A stretch of 64,000 nt of DNA. Source: Chrysomallon squamiferum. Its lineage: Eukaryota; Animalia; Mollusca. The position numbers and the translations under genes are program-made. The stretch is taken from NCBI GenBank assembly GCA_012295275.1, contig CM022679.1, forward strand, positions 26,288,001 through 26,352,000, written 5' to 3'. This document shows, piece after piece, positions 1-13,257 of this stretch (positions are counted from its first letter, which is position 1; each line of letters begins with the position of its first letter). Under the pieces are notes generated by a model. It ran no database searches. It was not told the origin of the DNA and saw nothing but the letters and a program-made list of their open reading frames with translations.

Positions 1-914
1 CAGAATTTTGAGACACTGTCTTGTCTGACTTACACTCTGGCCATCAGGACATGCTTCTATGAAAATGACGGTAGGTGGTGGCAGAACATCGTCAGTCTGT
101 TTTTAGCTCTGTCATATTTTCACTTGTAACCTTTTGAATGTTATTAAAAGATCTTTCCTTTTCACTTGCACATGAAAACACATGTTTATTATTTCATAAT
201 GTTGTGGTTGTTAGAATGATAGTGTTATTATAGTACTGTTACTATATCGTTATATTTTTTTCAGTCATCTCAGAAATAAGTATTTAATTTTCTCTCAGCA
301 TTGTATACATGAATATACAGACCACACATTTTAGAAACTTTTATTATTAAATCTTTTCTTTTCAGTTGAACATGAAGTAATGAAAACAAGTATTATTTAA
401 TAAAGTCCAATCATCCAAACCATTTATTTCTTTGCCTGTCTGTCTGTCTGTCTGTCTGTCTGTATTGATCCAACCATTCAACCATGCATCCATGCAATCA
501 TCTATATGCCTATTCAACAATCTAACTATATTGTTATATAACCATCCATCCATCCATCCATCCATCCATCCATCCATCATTTCATTCATTATTCTGCCTG
601 GTCTTCCCCACAGGCTTGATACCCACACCACCTACCCACTTCACAACCACAGAACTGTCCAACAACAGCCACCAGTTGACGTGGATGACACCCACAGAAC
701 AGTGCGACACAGGCTGCACCTACAACGTCCACTACTGGGAAGTGTCAGCAACTGACACGTGGAGTCGAATATACAGCAGCACTGGGGCAATTACCATAAA
801 GGTAGCAGTAAATACATAAATAAATAAATAAATAAATACTGGGACAATTACCATAAAGGTAGCAGTAAATAAATAAATAAATAAATACTGGGGCAGTTAC
901 CATAAAGGTAGCAG

Positions 915-945
<31 letters not shown>

Positions 946-2607
946 AGTAACCATAAAGGTAGCAGTAAATACATAAATAAATAAATACTGGAGCAGTTAC
1001 CATAAAGGTAGCAGTAAATACATAAATAAATAAATACTGGGGCAGTTACCATAAAGGTAGCAGTAACTAACTAACTAAATAAATAAATACATTTTTGAAT
1101 AATAATGATAATAATAATAATAATAATAATAATAATTAATAATAATAAAAAAAAAAAAAAAATAATAATAGTAATATTACAATTATAATTGTATGCAATA
1201 AACAATAAATATTTTTTAGTAATTTAATGAAGATGATGAGCATAAAAAAAATAAGTAAAAATAATAATAGTAATATATGTATTATTTAGAAATATTAACA
1301 GCAACAACAACAATAATAATTTGGTAGCAGAGAAAAGTTTATGTTTTTACTGAATACTCTTGTCACTGCTGTTGTTGTTATATAACTGTTAATTATTATT
1401 TGTTTTTTTTGTTGTTTAATGTTGTTTTTATATTATTGTTGTTTTAGTAATACTACTGTTATTAAAGGACTAATTGTATAAGATGCAATTATTTCCTCAC
1501 AGTAATAACTATTTGATTTTATCTCAACATTATACATGAATCCACAGACCACATTTTAAAAACTTTTATTTGCTTGGTTTTCTTTCTTGATAAACATCTT
1601 TGTTACTATTCTTATAGCAACAGTGTTTTTATATTTTTATTTTTCATTGTGTTACTCATTAATTTCAGAATGTTGTGAGTCCATTTATCCTGTCGAATTT
1701 AAAACCATTCAAAGCGTACCGAGTAACAGTCACAGCTCACAACCAATATGGCGGAAGCCAGCCAGCTCCATCGCAAAGCTTTTATGTCGAACATGAAGGT
1801 ATTTCACTTTCTAACCAACTGATTTGATCTTTAGTGCACTGCTTGACATTCAAAATCCTCAACACTCTTCTTTGTTTACTTATTATGTAATATAACAGCA
1901 TGAATTTGGAATTGTGAGGTTAATAATCAATGATGTAATTTTTTTTTCTTCTTTCATAATCTTATTTTTTATTATTATTTTTAATAACAACAACAATAAT
2001 AATAATAAATGTTTGTTGTATGACATTCTAAATCAGTGAAAATTATTAATTATTCACTGATTCTTCATACTTTATGACTTTTAATTTTTTTAAGGCTAAT
2101 GCAGTTAATTACCTTCAGTTATCTTAATGAATTTTTGTTGTTTTCAAACAAAACTTAGATTATTTCTGATCATTCTGACATATATATTTGTTTCAAATCA
2201 TTAGCATTTCCTTCTCTTTTTTTTTTAAAATTCCACTGCATTCTATTTCAAACTTTTTTCCCATCTTCCTATCAACCTTATTACCATTCTTACAAATTTA
2301 GCACTTAAAAATATTTTCCTTCTTCTTTCCAATGCAGGTATCCAAAACATACTTATCTTCCGACATCCTCGTTATCCAGCTGTTCTGAAAAAGGGCCAAC
2401 GTGTCATATTCAGCTGCGTGGTGTCTGCAAAGCCTGAAGCCAGGATCTTCTGGATGTTCAACAACAGGAACATCACTGGAGCTACAGGCAGAAAACTTAC
2501 CATCAAGTCACTGGACATCACAAAGGCAGGAATTTACACCTGTGTAGCATTCAACAGCGAAGGAACTAAAAGACTCAATTATTATCTCAATGTTCAGGGT
2601 GAGTCTT

Positions 2608-2639
<32 letters not shown>

Positions 2640-4017
2640 GACGTGGTAGGTTCATTGATTTCTGTATCAGATCCTCCTCAGTGGAACCATTTACAGTTCC
2701 AGTTAATGTTCATCAAATTTCTGTTCCTGTTCCTGAAATAATTTTTTTTTTTTTTTTTTTTTTTTACTATTAACTAATAGATTAGTTTCATGAACGATAG
2801 CACAGACACTAGGGTTTCCAGAAAATTTTCAAAAATGTTTTTTTTTTTTTTTTTACAAGATGATGGTGATAACTGGGTAGTAGTGACACTGAATAAACAT
2901 AATAAACATGGTTTGTGCAGTGACTTTTAGAAAGATGCAAGCATGATTTTCTAGTAGGTTTTTTCCTTCTCGCTTTTCTCCTTTTTAGTTATTAATGTGA
3001 AAAAGTCACAGAAATAACTGCCGTTCATTTTCTCAGTGAAATCCAGTTCATTACTGAGTTGAGTAATGTTCACCTAGAAGCAAACATTCAAACAATGGTA
3101 ATTGTAAAGGATACTTAGACACTAAACTGTTGAAAAGATGAATGTGCTAAAGTGGTCAGTATAGTGAGTGACCAGCCAGATAAAAGTCATGACTATTACA
3201 TGGTCATTAAAGGTACCCAAGTGATTAACATTAACTTCCAGAAGAAAAGAAAAAGGAATGAATTAAGCTTTCTCAAAACAAGAACTTTTTGTATGAACCT
3301 TGTTTTTTATTTATTTCTTGTCAAGGAGTTCCTACATTTGTATGCACTAAAAACTAAAATATATTTTACAATCTTTAACATTTTTTTTTTTATCTAGTCC
3401 TTGCCTTTGCTACAATCTGTATGTTTTACTAGTGTGTGTGTTTTTACTGTTTGAGATATCATCAGTATGTTTTACTAGCTTGTGACATATCATCAGTATG
3501 TTTTACCAGCATGTGACATATCATCAGTATGTTTTACTAGCTTGTGACATATCATCTGTATGTTACAGACAAGCCAAGCATCGTGAAAGTTGTGGAAGCC
3601 AATGTTGCACCTAATGAACACAGAACAGCAAGTCTTGTTTGTTGGTTTAGTGGAAATCCAGACAGGATTTCTTGGACAAAGAATGGAAAGGTTGTTAATG
3701 CTGTACCAGGCAAACTGAAAGTGTTTTCCGAGCACAGAGAACACACAGGAATCATTGTGGGGAAGCTGAAGTTTGCTGATGTTGTGTCCAAAGATCTGGG
3801 CATGTATCGTTGCAATGGCTCCAACTCCTATGGTTTTGCCATTGGTGCTGTTCAGTTGATAGGTAAGATAAATAAGTTGGATATTTTAGTTCACGTTTTG
3901 AGTGAAGTGACTGTTTATTTTGTTTTTGTAAGCTTGTTGCTGTTTATGCTTTGTGTTAAATCTATGGAAAGAATTTAACCATGTAAATAAAGAAAAATAT
4001 TGAAAGAAAAACTAATA

Positions 4018-4084
<67 letters not shown>

Positions 4085-4445
4085 ACTGACTGACTGACTG
4101 ACTGACTGACTTGAATGCATACTTACTTACTTACCTATTTTTTAAGATTTAATGTTATAAATTATTTGTGATAATTTTCATGAACTTGTTGGTTTTTTTT
4201 CCCCAGATCCTGATGAAATCAGACATGTCAAACCAGGGTCAAAGCCCTCAAATATTACAGGTGAATTTTTAAACAGCAATTTTATTTACATATAGTAATT
4301 TTGAACAATAACTTCATTGTAGATTTTCGGTTTCTCAGACATTTTATTACACAGCTTTCCATACAAACTAACATTTATTTTGACATATAAAGTCACAATG
4401 TAAAAATGGTGCCACCTTTAAGTAAAATTATTATTTTCTATGTCC

Positions 4446-4494
<49 letters not shown>

Positions 4495-7472
4495 GCTTTC
4501 TCTCATTCTCTTCCTTTCACACATGCACACATGGATCAGATTGTAATTTTTCAAATTTCTTCCTTTGTTATTAAGTTGTGTTCTTTTTCAGCCTGTTGTA
4601 TAAAAGAACAGGTAACATCACAGTGTCTGGTTGCCTGTTCCTTTGACATTGATTTGAAGAAGGTATTTAACAACCCACGCCTTTTAGTCTGCCTTAATCA
4701 TCTTGAGGCCTACGTTAAATGTTCTGCAGGTACAATTCACTGTTTATTTCTTCTTGTTTTTCAGTTGAATAATTTTTTTTTTTTTTTTTATAAGATATAT
4801 TTTATTGTATAATTAGTACTGCAAATTAAATAGCATGTATTAATGGTCATATGCTTTCTGAGGTCTTGATATATATCTTTAAAATCTTGAGGAAAAAATC
4901 ATTGTGTTGTGAAGTAGCATTAATCATATGCTGTTTATTGTTATAGAAAATAGCTGTAGTGATGTTTCAAATGTCTTTAAGGACTGGCAGTGTATTTAAC
5001 ATCCATTGAAGCATTTTTAGAATGGAAAATTTCATTTTTTGTTAAATCTTAATTCTGTGAGGTAGTCATCTTTATCATCATCTTCTTTATTATTATTATT
5101 AGTTATTTCATAATTATTCTTATCATTATTAACATTGTTGTTATTGTTATATTCAGTAACATTGTTACTTTTTAATCATCATCATTGTTATACTCATCAT
5201 AATTGTTGCTGTTTTCATCATCATGATTTTTATCATCATCATCATCATTATCAGTGTTTTTATGATCCTTATTTTTAACAATCTTTAACATCCTCATTAT
5301 CTTCATCATCATCATCATCATCATCGTTTTCAACATTATCCTCATCAATATCATCATCATCAATATCAACATCATCATAATTTTCAACATTATAATCATC
5401 AATATCAGCATCATCATTGTTTTCAACATTAACATCATCAATACCATCACCATTTTCATCATTAATTCAACAACACCATCAACAACATCATCATTGACAT
5501 CACTGATGCTGTTTTTCCCACTGTTTACAGATGGAAGAGATCACTCTAGGTGTTGTGTTGACTCTGGAGTTTCAGATGTCTGTGTTCCGTTCTGTAAAGG
5601 AGTTGTTCCTGGTGGCAACCTGATAACCTGCGCTGATCATGCCACTACCATCATTAACTGCATGGTCAAAGGTCATGGTATGTAATGTACTGTTTAGATC
5701 ACCCAGAGTGCACTGTGGGGAGTAATTATGTGTGGTGAGGAGGTCAGTGCTTTCACTGAAAATGTGTATGTGTGTCTGTGTGTGTGTGTGTGAGAGAGAG
5801 AAAAAAGAGATAGTGTTTGTGTATGAGTACACAAGTTGGTGTAGGTGTGACTGTGTGTATATGTGATTAGTGAGTGTATAAGAGAGAGAAAAAAGAGAAT
5901 AGAATGTTTGTATATGTGTACATTAATTGGTGGATAGGTTTGTCTGTATGTGTGTCTCTCTCTCTGTCTCTCTCTGTCTCTGTCTTTCTGTGTCTCAATG
6001 ACCTAAATAGATATTTGACAATTGTGAAAATTCCTGTATTTGATAATAATAAAGTAGGACAACATATAAAAATGTTCAAATCCTGACAATTTCTCTTTCA
6101 TCATCACATCAGTTTATCTTTAACTTATGCCTCTCAACTTGTTTATTAAAAGATTGGCTTACCTATTAATGGGAAGGTACATATAAATCATCTCATCCTG
6201 CTAATTAACATAAATACCTCACATATGAAAGACAAAATTTACAATAGATTATTTGTTCAGACTACCAACCTTACACTTTATTAATAACTTGCTGCATTTT
6301 TGTTGTAATAAAATGAATTTTTGTTATAGTTATTTTTTATTTTTTACTTCTAGATAACATTCCTTCACCTCCATTAAACATCTATGCTAAGTTGAAGAGT
6401 GGAGCTATAGATGTGCACTGGAGTGCCCCAGCTAAGAATGCAGAGAAAGTGGACAAATACGATGTTTTCTTCAACTCATCCAAACTGAAGACTCAGCATC
6501 ATTCTGTGGTAGGAACATATTTAACAAACTGTTTCACCAGCCATTTTGTTAATCTGGTTTTAACAGTATCGTCAGATTATTTCTTCAAGTAATTTGTTAA
6601 TACAGTTTTATTTTTTATTGTCGAATCACTAAATTTGTCGTAACGTTCTTTAAGTTGTATTGTCAAATTGTTTAAGTAAGTAAGTTGTTAACATCAGGTT
6701 AGTTGTATTGTCAAAAAAATTCGTTAGTTTGGCTTAGTTGTAGTTTATTTGATTTGTAAGTTTTGTGTTTTGTGTCTTTATATGTAAGTTTGGTTTCTTT
6801 TTATTTGTTAGTCTGGTTTAATTATATTTATCACTAATAATAGTTTCAGGTTTGTACAATCTATGAGGCATGAAATATAAGAAAATAGAAATGCTTAATA
6901 ATTTCTCTAGTTTTTTTTTACTAATTTTTTATTTTCAGTCTCGCACCATCTATAACTACATAATCCAGATTCCAGCCATGGAATCTCAAGGCTATGTTAA
7001 TGTGTGGATTGTGGCCACCAATGACTTTGGCCAGTCACAGAGATCAAAAATAAAACACATTCTACTGAAAAGTAAGTGTCAACACAACTTTGTTTGTGCT
7101 TATTCAACCATCTAACATGAAATGCTTCTTACCAGAGTAGTTCATTCTGGTGTGAAATTTAATGACTTGATTTATAGAACTGTTTTAATAAATATAATGT
7201 TACATTAACCTCTTGAGTATGATCAGTAATCACTGTAAGCTTTTACTTCATCATCATTTTGGTACTGAGTTTCTAACAAGATGTGTTAAATACTTTTTAA
7301 ATATATTTTGTTTTCAATGGTCCACTAGAATGCCTGGGGTATTACACTACCATTAAAATGACTATCAAAATTTTTATCATTAGAAGGCAGTACCCACATC
7401 AAGTTAAAGAAACATGAAAAAATATTTTCCAAGGCATACAATTCTTCTTTACATAATTTGATGTTTTGCTCG

Positions 7473-7543
<71 letters not shown>

Positions 7544-7809
7544 TTTCTGTCTTTAATTGTTGTTCTCTCTTTTATTTGTCAGAATCCGAATTTGAAGTTT
7601 CAAGTAAGTAATGTAGTCTTTCTTTTTATCATTATTACTGCAACTGCTATCGATTCAAAATTGATTATAAATTTATAAGACACAATACAGTTATTTGTAA
7701 AATAAATAAATAAATAAAACCTAGTCAATGATATTTTGTTGACATATTTTTGCATTTAAAATAACAGTAGTGCTTGAGAAATAACTAAAGGCACATTCAT
7801 CATTGAGAA

Positions 7810-7857
<48 letters not shown>

Positions 7858-9042
7858 TTGGAATATAGCAGATCTAGAAATTATCTGTAGATAATTTAGA
7901 TAATTATCATTATATACTAACAGAACATTTTAAATATTTAATCTATATTTACACAAATACATAATAAAAACAAATATTTATATTATTTATAATCACACAC
8001 AAACACATTTATAACATCACTGATTTGTTTTTGTTTCTTTAGGATCATCATCAATGAAAGGTAACCTTATGTTATATCTGCATGCATAGATCAAACTTCA
8101 CTTAAATTCTTAATAACTAAAAAGACAGTTTATGTGTATAGCTGTCTAGCACTTCATTTATCTGTCTGTCTGTCTAGCTGTTCATCTATCTGTATGTCTG
8201 TCTATACATACATGCATGTAACAACAGTCAGTTTATAATGATCAGCGCAGTTTAATACCAAATGGCTGTGTAAGTTATGACTTGGGTGAGGCCTGATCAA
8301 TCAGTCAACCAATCAATCAATCAATCAGTAAGTTAATCAGTCAATCCTTCTGAATATGATCAGACATATGTCCCATTCTAGCCAATGCCCCATGACTGGT
8401 GTATCTGAAATAACACGGTAAGTGCTTTGCTGGTTATGGGAAGGTTTGTGTAAAAACATCCCTTACTGCTGATTGCTTAGAGCAGCTAGTGAACTGATGT
8501 TTTCCTCTCAGTCATTATTATTACATCAACAGCAAAACATCAATCTGAAATGTATGGAACATCACCACATTTCAGTAATACATTCCACAATACAATACAT
8601 TTGCAGAACTTTTAAACTCAGTTTTCTTGTTAGTCATTCTGAAATTGGACAAAGAGTTCTAAAATTTCAGCCTCAGATGTAAAACAATAAACATACAAAA
8701 ACTTGTAACATATAATTCTTGGCATTAGTGTATTTGCCCTTAAAATACACTGATGTATTGTGGGTATTCTTGTTTGTTTTTTGCTTTTTGAATGTTCAGC
8801 AAAATTCTTTTTTTCTATGAATTATGAGAAGCAAATTATGCTCTGAATGCATCAAGTAAATTCCTTGCTTGTAAACTTGTTAAAAAAAATCTCTACTAAT
8901 ATTTTAATATTTTATTGTGTGTGTATGTCTATGTATGTATGTATGTATGTGTATATATATTTTACCATCAAAATATTAATGCAGCTGTTTTGGGGAATGT
9001 GTAATATATATTTATATCTGTATCTATATCTATCTATCTAAT

Positions 9043-9077
<35 letters not shown>

Positions 9078-9511
9078 GTGTTATGTGGTGTCTAATGTTT
9101 AGCTCTTGAATCGGCACAATCTTTGTCTTCACAATGCTATTCTGTGGGTTTCTAAAGTATATGTGATATCCATGCATTCACCATGTTTCAGAAAGGTCTG
9201 TGTTCTGTTTTCAGATAACAAACCTCTTGCTGTTGGTCTGGGACTTGGTATCACTATTGCTGTCCTCATAGCAATAGCTGTGATTGTCTTCTTTGTTATC
9301 AGGTAATTTTCAAGTGTTACATTTAGCATTTAGTCCTGATACTTAAAGATACATGTTGTGTGTGTCTGTCTGTCTGTGTATTGTATGTACATACATATAT
9401 ATTTTATTTCATTTTTATCCAGAAAAACACAAGGTAAATCCAGTTTTGTCACTGAAACAGTTGCTTTTGAAAACCCTGGCTATGGAAGAACACAACCTCA
9501 GGTACATATAC

Positions 9512-9600
<89 letters not shown>

Positions 9601-9679
9601 GCACTGGCCTTTTTACAGTTTCTAATATTTGATCATACTTTTTGTATTCTAAATATATATATATATATAAGAGAGAAAG

Positions 9680-9776
<97 letters not shown>

Positions 9777-10029
9777 ACTTCGAATGATAGAAAAGAATTA
9801 GAAAAAGCTCTCTGTATTTCAGATAACTGGTCTTCCAGCAGACACAATGCAGCCAGTTGGTCAGTTTGCCTATGACAAATTGGAAGAAAGCACAGATTAT
9901 ACAAACACTGAGCCTCTTCCTTCACATCCGTATGAGACAATTGACAATGTTCACCTAGAATTAGAATCAAATGGGAACACACCAGCAACATTACCTGTAA
10001 ACCAGGAAGATCACAAACCCACACAGTGA
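1..10029 (+). CDS. Ig-like, fibronectin type-III and DB-module type-I transmembrane protein (IGDB-like), 5'-partial, at least 14 coding exons
   Basis: Phase-compatible GT-AG exons: <1-70 (end of DB module, ...SCLTYTLAIRTCFYEND), 614-801 + 1669-1798 (FN3: IPTPP..LTW..YNVHY..LKPFKAYRVTVTAHNQYGGS), 2338-2598 (Ig: FSC..IFW..AGIYTC), 3569-3862 (Ig: LVC..ISW..DLGMYRC), 4207-4260, 4592-4729 + 5531-5677 (DB module: CCIKEQV..C..AC..C..YVKCSADGRDHSRCC..C..FC..C..IINC), 6354-6508 + 6939-7071 (FN3), microexons 7583-7603 and 8043-8060, 9215-9302 (TM: LAVGLGLGITIAVLIAIAVIVFFVI), 9423-9501 (FENPGY), 9823-10029 (stop TGA). Domain order matches nematode IGDB-type proteins. Confidence 0.88.
781..1066 (+). repeat. 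Minisatellite, 6 copies of (ACTGGGGCA)RTTACCATAAAGGTAGCAGT-(AAAT)n, overlapping the exon end and splice donor
   Basis: Copies start near 781, 838, 887, 947 (5'-truncated), 986 and 1036. The first copy contains the exon end at 801. Confidence 0.9.
3455..3568 (+). repeat. ~31-bp tandem repeat (GACATATCATCAGTATGTTTTACTAGCTTGT), ~3.7 copies, ending in the splice acceptor
   Basis: Direct inspection. The last degenerate unit ends TGTTACAG at 3568. Confidence 0.85.
4022..4110. repeat. (GA)n followed by (ACTG)n microsatellite
   Basis: Direct inspection. Confidence 0.95.
5173..5495. repeat. Degenerate (ATC)n low-complexity tract in an intron
   Basis: Direct inspection. Confidence 0.85.
8365..8480 (+). 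mobile_element. Degenerate interspersed repeat (probable SINE body)
   Basis: Aligns with the reverse complement of 39985-40100, e.g. TGCTTTGCTGGTTATGGGAAGGT vs TGTTTTGCTGTTTATGAGAAGGT and AAAAACATCCCTTACTGCT vs AAAAATATTCCTTGCTACT. SINE class is an inference. Confidence 0.5.
9517..9773. repeat. Mutually complementary (TC)n (9517-9599) and (GA)n (9686-9773) tracts in the last intron of the IGDB-like gene
   Basis: Direct inspection. Confidence 0.95.
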
Positions 10030-11211
10030 AACAAAACAGAGATGAAAGGGAAAAACTGTGAGGAAAGGCAAAGAAAATATAATAAACTGGATAAAATATT
10101 AGAAATAAAGGGAAAGATGATAAATAAAAAAAAGAAGAAATAAAAGAAGGGAAAAAAAAGAGAAAAAACTATGAAAAGGGGAAAGTCTTTTGATAGGGAT
10201 ACAAGAGCAGAAACTAGTTAAATAACATAAAACCTATGAAAAGAGACAGAAATTATAAAAAAAAGGGGACAAACACTGGGTTGGGGAAGATATAAAAATA
10301 GAATCTTTAGTCAAAAACAAAAACTATGGAAAAAAAACAAAAAAACTAGGAAAGAGAATACAAATTAATAAAAAGAAATCATAAAAAAGGCTACAAAATG
10401 GAATATTCAATACAGATAAATTTTTATCTTATATTTTTGAGATCAGAGTAAAATAAGTTGTGTAAAGTAAGATTTAAATTTGTTTGCTGTTTTTGTTTTG
10501 TTTTTGTTTTATATAAAATTTCAATCCTTCTTTCTAACATATGAAATATCAAACAATGTTTTTATGTTTACACTATAGCCTGGTTTCTTTGCCTCTTAGT
10601 TTAGTTTATGTCGGGGATAGCAGAAAAAACAAAAAAATATATAATGAGCACCTGGTTCTAAAAGACTAAATAAATTTTGTAAACTTGATACCAAAGAGCA
10701 ACCTTTGCCAACAATAAAGGATGATAACAAAATAACAAAACTTGAGAAGATGCATGAAACATGCAAATTCATTTTCATTTCCCCCCACCCTAATATTTCA
10801 GATATTGAAGGAAAAAAAACAGAATCTCCTAAAAGACTGTTGGCAGTATTATACTCAGTCTGTTCATTTTATTTTGCATTAAACAAAGACAGCGAGGTTA
10901 TTTTCTTTTCTTACTTTATTCTTGGTAAAGGTTGATGCTCAGTTACAGGTAAAAAGAATTAATCTTGTTAACGTGGTTTAGTCACTTGTTAATATCATCA
11001 CATTTTGTTGTATTTATTCAGAATCATTCCATTTACTCGGTAATCTCACACATTCATTTGCTAATGTGCTGGCATAGCAGTGGCCTTTTACACTTTGATC
11101 AAAGTTTTTATATTCTAAATATCTATATCTATATATAATCAGATTATTTTATTTTTATCTTTGTATATACTGATCTGTTTTTATAGAAGAATCTGTACAT
11201 TTGTTTATTTA

Positions 11212-11215
<4 letters not shown>

Positions 11216-11287
<72 letters not shown>
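11216..11287. repeat. (GA)n microsatellite
   Basis: Direct inspection. Confidence 0.95.
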
Positions 11288-11290
<3 letters not shown>

Positions 11291-12434
11291 TGAGTGAGTA
11301 AATCTCTGTGTGTGAGTGAATGAGTGAGTAATTGAGAGAGACTGTATGTGTCCATGCAAACAAAAAAACATTCCTTTAAAACCTATTTTATATTCCAGTC
11401 AGACATTCCAATCTGAAAAAAGATTTTTCAGTATCAGTAATCTATTGAAATGTTGTCAGTTTATAATTACTGTTGATTTGTGATTACAAATTTAGTTGTG
11501 ATTTAAGAATCCTTCCTTGTTACATCTATAGATGGCTCAAGTTCATATATCATTACACACACACACACAGAGGTTTCGTTTTGTCTGCCTAAGAAGATGT
11601 TGTGAATGATTTAATAAGATAAAGATAGAGTAAAATTACTTCATTCTTAAATCAGATGAAATAGCTAATATTGTTTGATACTTGGACCCACCTTTTCTGT
11701 TCTTTAACCTGATTGGTTTAAGACCATCACAGCCCTGTATCATTGGCTGCACTGAATTTTACTCAGACATATTTTCCATTAAGAACTTCTCTCTTTTTTA
11801 TGTGTGAAATTAGTAAGATTTTTATAAATTACTGAATCTTTTGTATGTTTGTTTTTTCGTACGTTTTTGTTTTCTTCTTCTTCGATAAATGATTGTTTAT
11901 ATTAATATATTTGTATGAATTCTTGTGGAGTAATGTAAAAATGTATTTTTTTAAAAGTAATTTTCTAAGTATTATACACATGAAAAGTTTTGTGTATGCA
12001 GTCTGACTAATGTATTGACTATTTAAATTAAATTATTTATGGCTGATTGTTTTGAACATTGTTTTCAAGGAGTATTTATATTTTTTATATATATTCATAT
12101 TGTACAGTTTGTGTTGTTTATATATATATATATATATATCTGGAGGTGGTGGTATTACTAAAATCTAAATTTGTGATAAGTTTATTTTATAAATATATGG
12201 GTATAACCCAGTTTGTTAAATAATTCTTGGATGTGCAAAGTATCATGATAAGTAACTGTTCAACATTTGAAATGTCATAAGCTGTACAAGGTCACACAAA
12301 AATGAGATAAATTTTGCCCAAAATTTTATTAATACTTAAAATTCTTGTATACTGTTGCAGGATACAAAATTTTTTGTTTGTTCTTTCTTTTTTGTTGTGG
12401 TTGATTATGAGTCTTTAAAATAAGATATGTGATA

Positions 12435-12548
<114 letters not shown>

Positions 12549-13222
12549 GTAGAGGCAAAATGTAATCTCTAGTTTATATTGTAATTTTAGTTGTTTAGGT
12601 TTTTGTCTTTTTCTTTATTTTTTTTATTTTTTTTAAGAATAAAACCACCTGTTATTATTTTATCAATGTAAATATAGAATTTTAATAATGAGAACATGTG
12701 TGTGTGTGTGTTTATGTTTTTGTGTGCTGTGTATTTAATTACAGAAAGGATATTTATCACGTTCTCAGTAATTTTCTTTGCCTTTTCATAAAATGTTATT
12801 AGAGATGTAAATACTATATTGATGCAAGCTTATTATTATTATTATTATTATTTTATCATAGACTTTTACCAGAATGTTATTTATAAATAAATAAAGTTTT
12901 GTTATAAAATGTTATTGCATATGTAAATACTCTATTCATATATTTATATATATATATATTAATGACACTTTTTACCAGAATATATTTATAAATAAATAAA
13001 GTTTTGTTGTAAAATCCACTTGCAAATGAAAATTTTAAAAAAGTATGCTTATGTGCACATAGATTACTAGTTATCCCTAACTCAAGTTTAAAATACTCCA
13101 GGTTTTTGGCTTCATTAAAAAGATAGCTGTAATATTATTTTAGTTATGTCTTGTGATTTCAAAACACAGCAGATTATTATTATACATATTTGTTTGCTGA
13201 AAATTTAAATAATTCCACTTGC

Positions 13223-13257
<35 letters not shown>

